Part shown: piece after piece, positions 28,166 through 36,798 of the stretch
Layout of the letters: every line of letters begins with the position of its first letter
Numbering within the stretch: position 1 is the first letter of the stretch
Assembly (NCBI GenBank): GCA_030841105.1
Contig: JAVEDE010000012.1
Location: 7,079-71,078 of the forward strand
Direction: 5' to 3'
Source of the DNA: Pyrinomonadaceae bacterium
Lineage (GTDB): Bacteria; Acidobacteriota; Blastocatellia; Pyrinomonadales; Pyrinomonadaceae
DNA: 64,000 nucleotides
Position numbers and translations under genes: made by a program
The notes under the pieces: model-generated
Told to the model about the DNA's origin: nothing
Database searches by the model: none
The model's input: only the letters and a program-made list of their open reading frames with translations

Positions 28166-29320
28166 ATGGCAAATGAGCGAAGCGGATACGTTTTCAAAGA
28201 CAAATCAGGCGCGTGGTATGCACGAACGACTATAACAGACCCTAGCGGCAAACGTCGAAATGTCAAAAGACGGGCAAAAGACAAGCAAGACGCTAAGCAG
28301 ATACTTAAAAGCATCCTGACAGAATTAGACGCAGAAGGTAGTAAATCAGTTGACTCGTCAAGGCTAACTTTCGACGATTTGGCGAACTTTTACGCGGCCA
28401 CCTTCTGCAAACCCGCCACATTTATTGACGGCAAAAAAACAGCAGGATTGCGAGACGTAGGACGAGCAAAAGGCTTCTTAGTTCGCTTTCGAGATTACTT
28501 TGGCAAGCGTTTGCTGCGAGATATTACGTACAGGGATATTTGCTCTTACAATGCAATGCGCTTGCAAATGCACACACACCATAAACGCTCGCCCACTATT
28601 GCGACCATGAATCGAGAGCTAGGCGTGTTGCGCCGAATCTTTAATATCGGTGTGCGCGAAGGCTGGCTATCAAAAAGCCCCTTCAATGGAGGCGAGTCGC
28701 TTATATCTCCTGCATCAGAGCGGAGACGTGAACGCATTCTTTCTTTGGAGGAAGAACAAAAGCTACTTGTTGCGTGTGAGCATCCGAATAGAAAACTCTT
28801 GAGAGTGTTGATTATCTGCTTGCTTGATACGGGCGCAAGAAAGTCCGAACTTGCAAAGCATTTACGATGGAGTGCGGTTTGTTTCGCTTCCCGCACAATT
28901 ACCATTGAAGGCACGACGACCAAAACTCTAAAGACAAGGCAACTGGCAATGACCGAGCGGATGTATCAAGAACTTTCAATGCTTTGGGAAGCATCCTCGA
29001 AAGCACTGCAAGAGAGAGTATTTGAGGGGTGGGTCAATGAACGATGGGCATTCGCTTTCGCGTGTAAGGAAGCCGGAATAGATTATGGTAGCCCGGAAGG
29101 AATAACCCTGCATTCGCTTCGTCACACAGCCGCTACGCGGCTTGTCAAAGGGCAGATGCCACTGCAAATGGTTGGTCGAATTCTAGGGCATTCTCAACCG
29201 CAAACAACCTACCGTTATCTTTCCGCCGATTCGGAAACTATCATCCAAGCGGCGGCAATATTAGAGGCTTTCCAGACACAGGCCAGCAAGCCTGTAGAAA
29301 ACTCAGAAGCAGTAAACTAA
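28166..29320 (+). CDS. Tyrosine-type site-specific recombinase/integrase
   Basis: Catalytic signature LLDTGARKSEL (R), HSLRHTAATRL (HxxR), LGHSQPQTTYRYL (H..Y). A SAM-like N-terminal domain is present. GGAG RBS before ATG 28166. Confidence 0.9.
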   Translation: MANERSGYVFKDKSGAWYARTTITDPSGKRRNVKRRAKDKQDAKQILKSILTELDAEGSKSVDSSRLTFDDLANFYAATFCKPATFIDGKKTAGLRDVGRAKGFLVRFRDYFGKRLLRDITYRDICSYNAMRLQMHTHHKRSPTIATMNRELGVLRRIFNIGVREGWLSKSPFNGGESLISPASERRRERILSLEEEQKLLVACEHPNRKLLRVLIICLLDTGARKSELAKHLRWSAVCFASRTITIEGTTTKTLKTRQLAMTERMYQELSMLWEASSKALQERVFEGWVNERWAFAFACKEAGIDYGSPEGITLHSLRHTAATRLVKGQMPLQMVGRILGHSQPQTTYRYLSADSETIIQAAAILEAFQTQASKPVENSEAVN

Positions 29321-29451
29321 TGTGAGAGAAGCAATCGGATGAGAAAAGCCGCTCGCAATATCGCGGGCGGCTTTATGCCCGCGCCTGTCCTCTTTTCAAA
29401 TAATGCGGCGGGAAAGGTGCTCCCACCGCTCTCTACTTCATGCCGCGTCAT

Positions 29452-29988
29452 TTATTTTGCGGTGCGTGGGCTGAGCGCAGAAACTATGTCATCCACTCTC
29501 TCAGGGTATGTTGCTTTGAGCTTCCTTAGAGCGTCTTTAATTATCCAATCAGTGTGAGGATTCTTCACCGATGCCCAAGCTCCGCAGACATTCAAGGTAA
29601 ACTCAGGGTGATAGTTGCCCGCGTTCCTCAGCACGTTAGCGACCGACTTCTTCACGTAAATACTTGCGTCGGCTTTGAGCCTTTCAAGCACGGGCAAAAC
29701 CTTCTCAGGCTCTTTACGAGCGACCCCCCTCAGTCCTTCGCTGGCGGCTCTCCTAATGTTCGGGTCGGCGTGGTCAGCCCAAAGAATCATTTCCTCGATA
29801 ATCTGGTCAGGCTGTTTCTTACCAACTTCGACAAGTATTGTGGCGGCGACTTCGCGCTCTTTCCAATCCGCGCTGCTGGCTAATCTCATTATCGCGGGGA
29901 ATGTCCGGCGCGGGTCAACGACCCCCTGCCGAACAATATCCGCCACGTCATATACTTTAGTGACCGTCGGTTTTGAATGAGTTGCCAT
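29452..29988 (-). CDS. HEAT-repeat protein (DNA alkylation repair AlkD-like family)
   Basis: Repeated helical HEAT-like units with DWKEREVAATIL, DPNIRRAASEGLR and YVKKSVANVLRN. Confidence 0.65.
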   Translation of the reverse strand: MATHSKPTVTKVYDVADIVRQGVVDPRRTFPAIMRLASSADWKEREVAATILVEVGKKQPDQIIEEMILWADHADPNIRRAASEGLRGVARKEPEKVLPVLERLKADASIYVKKSVANVLRNAGNYHPEFTLNVCGAWASVKNPHTDWIIKDALRKLKATYPERVDDIVSALSPRTAK

Positions 29989-30002
29989 TTCGCATCCGTA
30001 AC

Positions 30003-30311
30003 TCAGATGCCCCACTTATTTACAATCAGACCAATGATGAGACCGCCGACTGCTCCCAAGATGAGGATAGGAGCGTATGCCTTTGTAATGATGGCATCCG
30101 GCAGACTCAGCAGCACGCCGAAGATGAGACCCTGCGCCCAACCCGGCACGGGTAGCCGCGCCGCACCGATAACGAAGCCGATGGCGAAGCGGTTGAGGAA
30201 TGCCCCAAAGAGGGCGGCTCGCTTATCAGGGAAGGAGAGTGGGAGCATGGAGGCAACAGATAGTGCGCCATAGGCAAGACCGCAGATTGTACCGAGCAGG
30301 AGACGGGACAT
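30003..30311 (-). CDS. Small multi-pass membrane protein, hypothetical
   Basis: ~102 aa from MSRLLLGTICGLAYG with 3-4 hydrophobic segments. It lies 14 nt upstream of the HEAT gene start. Confidence 0.5.
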   Translation of the reverse strand: MSRLLLGTICGLAYGALSVASMLPLSFPDKRAALFGAFLNRFAIGFVIGAARLPVPGWAQGLIFGVLLSLPDAIITKAYAPILILGAVGGLIIGLIVNKWGI

Positions 30312-30632
30312 AAAGTGGAGGCCACAGATGGAGTAAGAGAGCGGGCAGATTAAAGCATAGCCGTCACTTTGCCAACAAGGGTAAGGCGGGTGATGAGATA
30401 CCAATAGTTCAAGTAAAACCCCTTTATAGGTCAAATACACGCAAACAAACGGGCATTCAGGGGCGATTAAAGCTCCCGAATGCCCGTTTTGCCTTTGGCT
30501 CTAAGTAAATATTTCTGCCGCCAAAATATTACCCATCAAGTTGGAAAAGAACTATTGACTTAACGGATTATGCCCCCGACAATTTATAGACAGGCAGGGA
30601 GTTTGTTAGAAGAAAGGGCTTGGTGGTCGTAC

Positions 30633-30857
30633 ATGAAAATTAAAATTGATGGGACTCGTAACGACAGGAGGAATGAGGAATGGTCATATCTCTGCTTTGA
30701 CGAAGAAACGGGAGAATTTTATATCGAATCTCATTGGGACTATGCTCTCCATTCCAATGGAGTGAGTAAAAGCACGCTTGCCGAGGCAAAACAAAGGGAC
30801 AAAACGCGGTATGATAAAGCCGTGAAAATCATCAAAGAAAAGCTCTTTACAGAATAG
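30633..30857 (+). CDS. Hypothetical small protein
   Basis: 74 aa from MKIKIDGTRN.... It has a plausible coding composition but I recognise no family. Confidence 0.35.
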   Translation: MKIKIDGTRNDRRNEEWSYLCFDEETGEFYIESHWDYALHSNGVSKSTLAEAKQRDKTRYDKAVKIIKEKLFTE

Positions 30858-31659
30858 TTTAGAGCCCCTCTTTACAGCCTAGCGGTGAAACCTATAAGCC
30901 CAATTTATACAATAATTAGCCGGATGTGCGCCGCCGAAGCACTCCCTAACCTCTTCAACCACAACAATTAGCCGCGAAAAGTGGTTTTATACAAACTAAA
31001 CTGCTGATAGCAAAGAGGTTAAGTCGCCTGTAGGGCTTGACAAAATGGGGTTTTCATGGGATACTGAGACCGTACAAGAGTTCTGCCGGGGTGACTATAA
31101 ATCTCCATCTTGTACCGTGTGTGGGTAGGGCTTGCTATACATGAAGTTGACAATGAGCGAATACGCTGAGACTCGCATTTAGCCGAAAAAGCTATCTCGA
31201 TAGAACAGAAGTTCTTTATGCGGTAAGAGAAACAACTTACCCTGCTCGTCAACCCTGCTTCTCGTGACGCACGTAATAATGACCCGTTCAGGCTCAGAAC
31301 ACCTGAATATACAGCGCGAGAGAACTAGCACGTAAACGAGTGACCGAAAGCTATACTGCATTCGTAAAACGTAAGACCTAAAGGGTAGGTCTACGTGTCT
31401 CTCGTTCCCTCTGCTTCCTGCACCTCAAAGCCTCTCAAAGCTTTACATAGTGTCTTAAGTGGGGGGCAAGTGGCGTAAGCCACGCGCAGCGTAGGCGAAG
31501 GCCGAAGCGAAGGGTGCGAAGCACCTGAACAATAACCAAACTAACAACTGTGAGACTGATTAAAACAGTAGATAGAGAACAATGAAGTAGTGTGTTTATA
31601 AATAACTTGAATTTATTGTTTGCGTCGGAAGAATGACCTTGTGTAGAGGACAAATATTT

Positions 31660-32100
31660 ATGACTACTGATTATGAGCAAGCTAAAGAAAAATTGTTTGA
31701 ATTGAGGCGTGAAGATGGGGGGCTGGCTAACGCCGTTCGTGCTGCGGTAGCGGCTGGCGATGCTGTGGAGGTCGCCAGATTGAAGCGCAGACAGGCAGAT
31801 TTGCCTTCCGAGCTTTATACGGCGGAGGTCATGCAACGTCAGGCTAACGTCGTCAGGCTGCGGGCGGAAGTTGCGGCGGTTCAGAACCGCGTTGACGCCG
31901 AGGGAGCGCGTAGTAAAGAGATAGACGCCCGCGTAGTTGCATCCCTGCGAGTTCTTGACGAAGAAAGGCAGCGTATCAATCAAGAGGCGATGGGCGCACT
32001 CACAGCAAAGTACGCTGCTCAAAACGATTTCCAAAAGCTGTATAGCGAACTTGTGGAGGCGCAAAGGGCACTTTCCGAATTGCTTAACAAAGCTGCCTAA
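31660..32100 (+). CDS. Hypothetical coiled-coil protein
   Basis: 146 aa, Ala/Glu/Arg-rich heptad-like helices. I prefer it to the overlapping minus-strand ORF, which looks like junk. Confidence 0.5.
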   Translation: MTTDYEQAKEKLFELRREDGGLANAVRAAVAAGDAVEVARLKRRQADLPSELYTAEVMQRQANVVRLRAEVAAVQNRVDAEGARSKEIDARVVASLRVLDEERQRINQEAMGALTAKYAAQNDFQKLYSELVEAQRALSELLNKAA

Positions 32101-32471
32101 CGCTTGATTAAATATGTCTCGCTACTTGTCAAGTTAGTGCCGCCCATTAGTAGAGGTTGAAGGCCATTAAGCGTTACTGAAAGCCGTTTTTGTGTGCAGC
32201 GTTAAGAAGGTGAGTGTTTGCGCGTAGAGGGTTTGCGGTTAGCAAAAATTAACAAGCCGTACTTTACCCACCCTATACCCCTACTTGGTGCTTCTCCTCC
32301 ATCTGTCACAGTTCATGGGAAAAGCTGGTAGCTTTTAGGCGGGCTACTGAGGATACGGGTAAGCCTATGCTGATTACTATTACGCCGCTAACAGGCGGCG
32401 AACCCCTTCGCATAATCTTGAAGTCTCCGCTTTATTGTGAAGGGGTAGATATTAAACGGGAGTAAAAAGAA

Positions 32472-32678
32472 ATGGAAGAAAAGAAAATTACAAGCGCAAT
32501 TAGTGAAAGGCAGTTCGCGGCGGCAGTTAATCTAAGTTACGCGAAGGTGAAGCAAATGCGACAGAGAGGTCTAATTACTCATTCCAGAGTCGGGCGCAGG
32601 ATTCTCTATAAGTTTCCCGACCACGTTGAACTATTTCTTAGTAACTACGAGCAAGCCGCTTGCATTCATTCTCTGTAA
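32472..32678 (+). CDS. Excisionase/AlpA-like helix-turn-helix DNA-binding protein
   Basis: 68 aa. ...SERQFAAAVNLSYAKVKQMRQRGLITHSRVGRRILYKFPD resembles the excisionase-family HTH (..G.lp..r.GrrilF). Confidence 0.6.
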   Translation: MEEKKITSAISERQFAAAVNLSYAKVKQMRQRGLITHSRVGRRILYKFPDHVELFLSNYEQAACIHSL

Positions 32679-32715
32679 ATAACGGTTTCGCAGAGATAAA
32701 TAAGAGTTAGTTATT

Positions 32716-33651
32716 CTAGTCTCTATCCAGATTTAGCATCGTATTACAAAACTCTGCACCATGAGTCTGACACCAACAACTACCAAGTCTCCATGCAGTA
32801 TCAAAATCAAAAATGGGATTTGCTGAAACGTCAACCGGCTTCCACAAGTCCTTCTTAGTACCATACGGGCAACCGCATGTTTGACGAGCATGTTCATCAG
32901 TAATACGTTCATAGAAGCGGCTAGAAACTAACAGGTCGTCTGCCTCTCCAATAGCCGCTAATTTTGCAGCCATATTTACGGGCTTACCTGCCCATACCTC
33001 ATTTTGACGGTCTGTGCGTTGACTAATACGCCTTAACCCAAGCCTTCTTACTAGAACTGTCTTTTGGTCTATACCAATATGTGCGCCGAGGTCTAAACCT
33101 GTCTTATCCTTCATCGTAGGTGCAAATACCTTCGCTGCAAATGTCTTGAAACTAACTGCTGCGGCGAGAGCACGGTACACCTGATTACGATTGAACATTG
33201 CGAAAACTCCATCACCTCTTACATCTATATATGGGGCTTCAAAAGTGTCAAACAATCGAACTGCCGTACCCGTGAAAAATTGATAAGCTTTAGCTGTGCT
33301 TCGGTCATGCGTAATTGCGCTCAATTGAGTTGAATTTTTCATGTCAACGAAAACGCATGTTAGGTCTTGAATCTTAAGCCACCGAGGAGCATCAAGTGGG
33401 ATAGTGTTCGTGTCCGGTATCTCATCCACGCTAATAACATCTACCCCTTCCTTGAATTCCGCAGTTTGCTTTTCAATAACTGAGAGATATTGTTCAGGGA
33501 GTTGTGAAGAGTTTATAACGTGTCGTTTGATAGGGGCAGGGTCTTTCCAAAATTTAATCATAAGCCACCAATCCTTGTGAGCGATAACAAATAGCGAGGT
33601 TATTAGCGGTTTATAGCACCCTTTAGTTTCAATTGCAATACCCAGTTTCAT
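32716..33651 (-). CDS. Class III nucleotidyl cyclase-fold protein (Pycsar PycC-like candidate) with Cys-rich C-terminal extension
   Basis: Cyclase homology motifs are CVFVDMKNSTQL (metal Asp), DVRGDGVFAMF (GDG metal Asp) and IGIDQKTVLV...EVWAGKPVNMAAKLAA. The tail reads CGCPYG...SCWCQTHGAEFC. An alternative start is 33561. Confidence 0.65.
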   Translation of the reverse strand: MKLGIAIETKGCYKPLITSLFVIAHKDWWLMIKFWKDPAPIKRHVINSSQLPEQYLSVIEKQTAEFKEGVDVISVDEIPDTNTIPLDAPRWLKIQDLTCVFVDMKNSTQLSAITHDRSTAKAYQFFTGTAVRLFDTFEAPYIDVRGDGVFAMFNRNQVYRALAAAVSFKTFAAKVFAPTMKDKTGLDLGAHIGIDQKTVLVRRLGLRRISQRTDRQNEVWAGKPVNMAAKLAAIGEADDLLVSSRFYERITDEHARQTCGCPYGTKKDLWKPVDVSANPIFDFDTAWRLGSCWCQTHGAEFCNTMLNLDRD

Positions 33652-33706
33652 TGATGCAACGAAAAAAGGAAAGTCACTTTAAGGGATTGATTACGTAAAG
33701 AGTGAT

Positions 33707-34363
33707 TTATGAATGAGGTTGCGAGGTTAAATCAGCTTTATTAACACTTACATCTTGGGTTGCTGTGTCTTTGGTCGCTTCAATACTTACTGGCTTTGAA
33801 GGTGATTTTCGGGGTGTTTTAGGCTTTATCTTGTTCTTCGGCCTAATAAACATAAACGCTATGACGGCAAGAATCGGCGTCAAAATTCCTGCTACAGCGA
33901 ACCAAATTGCATAGCTAAAATAGTTATATTTGCTGAGAGTTATTTGCGAGTTGATAGTAATTTGTTGTGCATAATCGAATTCTAGCCTCGGATTCTTTGA
34001 CTCAGGCTCTTCATAACGTGTGCGTAATTCAGTTAGATACTCGTCCGGAGTGTACTTAGCTATATGTCCATAGAACAAAAGATTATCGGTTTCATGCCTG
34101 TCGTCTTTAGGCTTTGATTGCAAAATTTTAGTCTTAGGTATTACAGACAGGAGCGCAGCTAAAGCTGATAAGACAACGAAGAAAATAAACGAATGTAGAT
34201 AAATGTAGAGCCAAAGTGCCAGCCCATTATCTTTACTTAGAATTAAAGTTAGAGCACCAAACAAAGCGGCAGCATCGGCTGCAATGATTGCAGCATTCTT
34301 AGTCTCAGCGAATTTTAACCATTCATTTACGTTGGCGAAAATTCCTTTGAGTCGTTCTTCCAC
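33707..34363 (-). CDS. 3-TM effector-like membrane protein (Pycsar effector/DUF5706- or SLATT-like candidate)
   Basis: EWLKFAETKNAAIIAADAAALFGAL (TM1), TM2, a soluble segment with NLLFYGHIAKYTPDEY, then TM3 and a Lys/Pro-rich tail. Confidence 0.6.
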   Translation of the reverse strand: MEERLKGIFANVNEWLKFAETKNAAIIAADAAALFGALTLILSKDNGLALWLYIYLHSFIFFVVLSALAALLSVIPKTKILQSKPKDDRHETDNLLFYGHIAKYTPDEYLTELRTRYEEPESKNPRLEFDYAQQITINSQITLSKYNYFSYAIWFAVAGILTPILAVIAFMFIRPKNKIKPKTPRKSPSKPVSIEATKDTATQDVSVNKADLTSQPHS

Positions 34364-34385
34364 TGGATTGTGCTCCGATTATCCG

Positions 34386-34634
34386 TTAGGGCTTCGTCAG
34401 TCTTTTACCACTTACGTTTTTCTTCTTTTCTAAGACTCGAACGATTAAGTCTGCTGGCTCGCACCCTATCGCCTCACACAGAGTCTCAATAGTGTCCAGC
34501 CCAATCATCTTCATATCACCACGCCACAACCGCGCAGCCGTTCCGGGCGGGACGTTCATTCGCTTCTGTAGCTGATAGGCAGTTGTAATGCCTCGCGCTT
34601 CTGCCGCTTCTCTTATCCTTAGTTCAACAACCAT
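34386..34634 (-). CDS. XRE family helix-turn-helix transcriptional regulator
   Basis: 82 aa. LRIREAAEARGITTAYQLQKRMNVPPGTAARLWRGD...LDTIETLCEAIGCEPADL is a Cro/C1-type HTH. Confidence 0.75.
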   Translation of the reverse strand: MVVELRIREAAEARGITTAYQLQKRMNVPPGTAARLWRGDMKMIGLDTIETLCEAIGCEPADLIVRVLEKKKNVSGKRLTKP

Positions 34635-34685
34635 AAAACGCAGCATAGCACAAAAAATATTCGCAGAAAAGATGTTATTCTCTTG

Positions 34686-34691
34686 TATAAT
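34686..34691 (+). promoter_or_regulatory. Candidate -10 hexamer TATAAT in the divergent XRE/SWIM intergenic region
   Basis: cttgTATAATatt lies ~38 nt upstream of ATG 34729. No good -35 is present. Confidence 0.25.
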
Positions 34692-34728
34692 ATTATCAAA
34701 TCTGCTACTATTCCTTTGACAGTCGGGA

Positions 34729-35064
34729 ATGCCGACAACCTCAAAACCGGAGACAAGAACAGTGATTGAACTCATCAGCGCAGACCAACTAGCCAAAGCC
34801 ACTGAGCGAGCCAAAGCGGGCAACCTCTTCGTCCAGCCTACAAGTTTCCTTCGGCAATATCGTGTAGTCAACCGCGACAACGGCAATCAGTATTACGTTG
34901 ATTTCTTCGTTCGTAACGGCAAGCGATACGGTCAGTGTACGTGCAAGGCTGGAATGAATAACAGGCAATGCAAACATTTGAGCGTGGCGGCGGGCTACCA
35001 CGTTATGAGAATGGCAGCGAAACGCGAAGCCGAAAGAATTGCTTTGATGCCGCAAGCAGCCTAA
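34729..35064 (+). CDS. SWIM zinc finger domain protein
   Basis: YYVDFFVRNGKRYGQCTCKAGMNNRQCKHLSVAAGYH fits the CxCx(n)CxH SWIM signature. Confidence 0.65.
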   Translation: MPTTSKPETRTVIELISADQLAKATERAKAGNLFVQPTSFLRQYRVVNRDNGNQYYVDFFVRNGKRYGQCTCKAGMNNRQCKHLSVAAGYHVMRMAAKREAERIALMPQAA

Positions 35065-35135
35065 GCAAACGGAGAGGTAAGTGCTGGAACACTTGCCTCT
35101 CCTACACCTACTTTCCCAAAACCGGAGAAAATCAG

Positions 35136-35447
35136 ATGCGAGCAGAAATTACCACTACAGCAATAACCAACACAACGCCACGCTTCCTACTTGGGAAAAT
35201 GGTAATGACTCAAGGCGCGGCGGCAGCTTTAGATGAAGCCGGACAGTCGCCCTTTGAATTTCTGAACCGTCACCAGCGTGGGGATTGGGGCGAAGTTTGC
35301 GATGAGGATAGGCAGGAGAATCAACTATCATTGCGGAAAGGCTTCCGACTGCTTAGCGTTTATCATACTAAGAGGGGCGTGAAGCTTTATGTAATAACGG
35401 AGTGGGACAGGTCGGTAACAACGCTGCTATTGAGCGAAGATTACTGA
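35136..35447 (+). CDS. Conserved hypothetical protein of a plasmid/ICE-associated family (..RHQRGDWGEV..ITEWDRSVTTLLLSEDY)
   Basis: 103 aa with a GGAGA RBS. From memory, the motif pattern occurs in small proteins on plasmids and ICEs. I recall no family name. Confidence 0.6.
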   Translation: MRAEITTTAITNTTPRFLLGKMVMTQGAAAALDEAGQSPFEFLNRHQRGDWGEVCDEDRQENQLSLRKGFRLLSVYHTKRGVKLYVITEWDRSVTTLLLSEDY

Positions 35448-35600
35448 GCGGAATACAATTCAGGCGAGCCGCTTCCTCTGAGGCGGCTTAATCCTTAAAT
35501 TCGATATGTTGGAAGGTCAAGAAGGTGTGAACGTGTCCTTGAAAGTGTCCATCAACGAAAACAGCCACCTACGTGGCGGCTGTAACCTGTTGATATAAAG

Positions 35601-35676
<76 letters not shown>

Positions 35677-35952
35677 TTTAGTTCATCTGAACAACGGTAA
35701 AACTAACTTACCCGAACACCTTAGCGGCTGTCAAACGCGACGCGCACGACGCGCGCGCGGCAGACACGTTGGATGCCGCGAAACGATGAAAAGTAGGCCA
35801 CGGGTGTGCTTTAAAATGGCGCGGCGGGCGCATGCATGTCCCGCTCGCGTCGCTCTAAAATTCCCGCGCCGCGCCCGCCGCCGTCGAATTTCGGCTACAA
35901 TCAGCGCGACGCAATTCAATCTAAAGACTGCCCCGCGGCAAACACCTTCGGG

Positions 35953-36798
35953 ATGAAAACTTCCTATCCGATTCTCGATCCGCACGCGCCGGAGACGCAC
36001 CGGACGCGCGGGCGTTGTGCGCTCGGCGTGATGATCAAAGCCCCGCGCGCGGGCGCGTCTAAGACGCGACTCGTGCCGCCGCTGACGCACGAAGAGGCGG
36101 CGCGGCTGAGCGTCGCGTTCCTCCGCGACACGGCTGCGAACATGGCGGACGCGTGCGCCGAAGATTCGGACGGCGAAGTTCACGCGGTCGCCGTCTACAC
36201 GCCCGCGGGCGCGGAAGACGAGTTCGACAAACTGCTGCCGCCCACATTCGCGCTGCTCGCGCAACGCGGCGACACCTTCGGCGCACGCCTCTTCAACGCC
36301 GCGTCCGATCTGCTCCGGCTCGGCTACGAGTCCTGCTGCCTGATTGATTCCGACAGCCCGACGCTCCCGCGCGCCCTGCTCACGGCGGCGCTGGCAGAAC
36401 TCCGACGCCCCGGCGACCGCCTCGTGCTCGGCCCGGCGGACGACGGCGGCTATTATTTGATCGGCATGAAGCGCGCGCGCGCGCGTCTCTTTGAAGAGAT
36501 CGCGTGGAGCACCGCTGATGTGTTAGCCCAGACCGTCGAGCGCGCGCGCGAAATCAAACTCGACGTGGGACTCCTGCCCGCTTGGTACGACGTGGACGAC
36601 GCTCAGACGCTCAGACGCCTCTGCGTCGAACTATTCGACGCGCCGAACAGTGACGACGACGCCGACGACGCGTGCGACGCGAGACTCGCGCCTTACCCCG
36701 CGCCGCACACACGCGCCGAACTCGCGCGCCTGCTCGAAGGCGAGGCGCGCGCGCGCCTTCTGGCGGAAGCCGCCGCGCGTGAGGGACACGTCGCATGA
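35953..36798 (+). CDS. DUF2064/TIGR04282-type glycosyltransferase-like protein
   Basis: CALGVMIKAPRAGASKTRLVPPLTHEEAARLSVAFLRDT, IDSDSPTLP and DGGYYLIG. Confidence 0.8.
   Translation: MKTSYPILDPHAPETHRTRGRCALGVMIKAPRAGASKTRLVPPLTHEEAARLSVAFLRDTAANMADACAEDSDGEVHAVAVYTPAGAEDEFDKLLPPTFALLAQRGDTFGARLFNAASDLLRLGYESCCLIDSDSPTLPRALLTAALAELRRPGDRLVLGPADDGGYYLIGMKRARARLFEEIAWSTADVLAQTVERAREIKLDVGLLPAWYDVDDAQTLRRLCVELFDAPNSDDDADDACDARLAPYPAPHTRAELARLLEGEARARLLAEAAAREGHVA

Noticed and set aside
31435-32064. The 209-aa minus-strand ORF in the island.
   Set aside because: Its translation is Cys/Leu/Ser-rich and lacks structure-like patterns. The overlapping plus-strand ORF (31660-32100) gives a clean coiled-coil protein.
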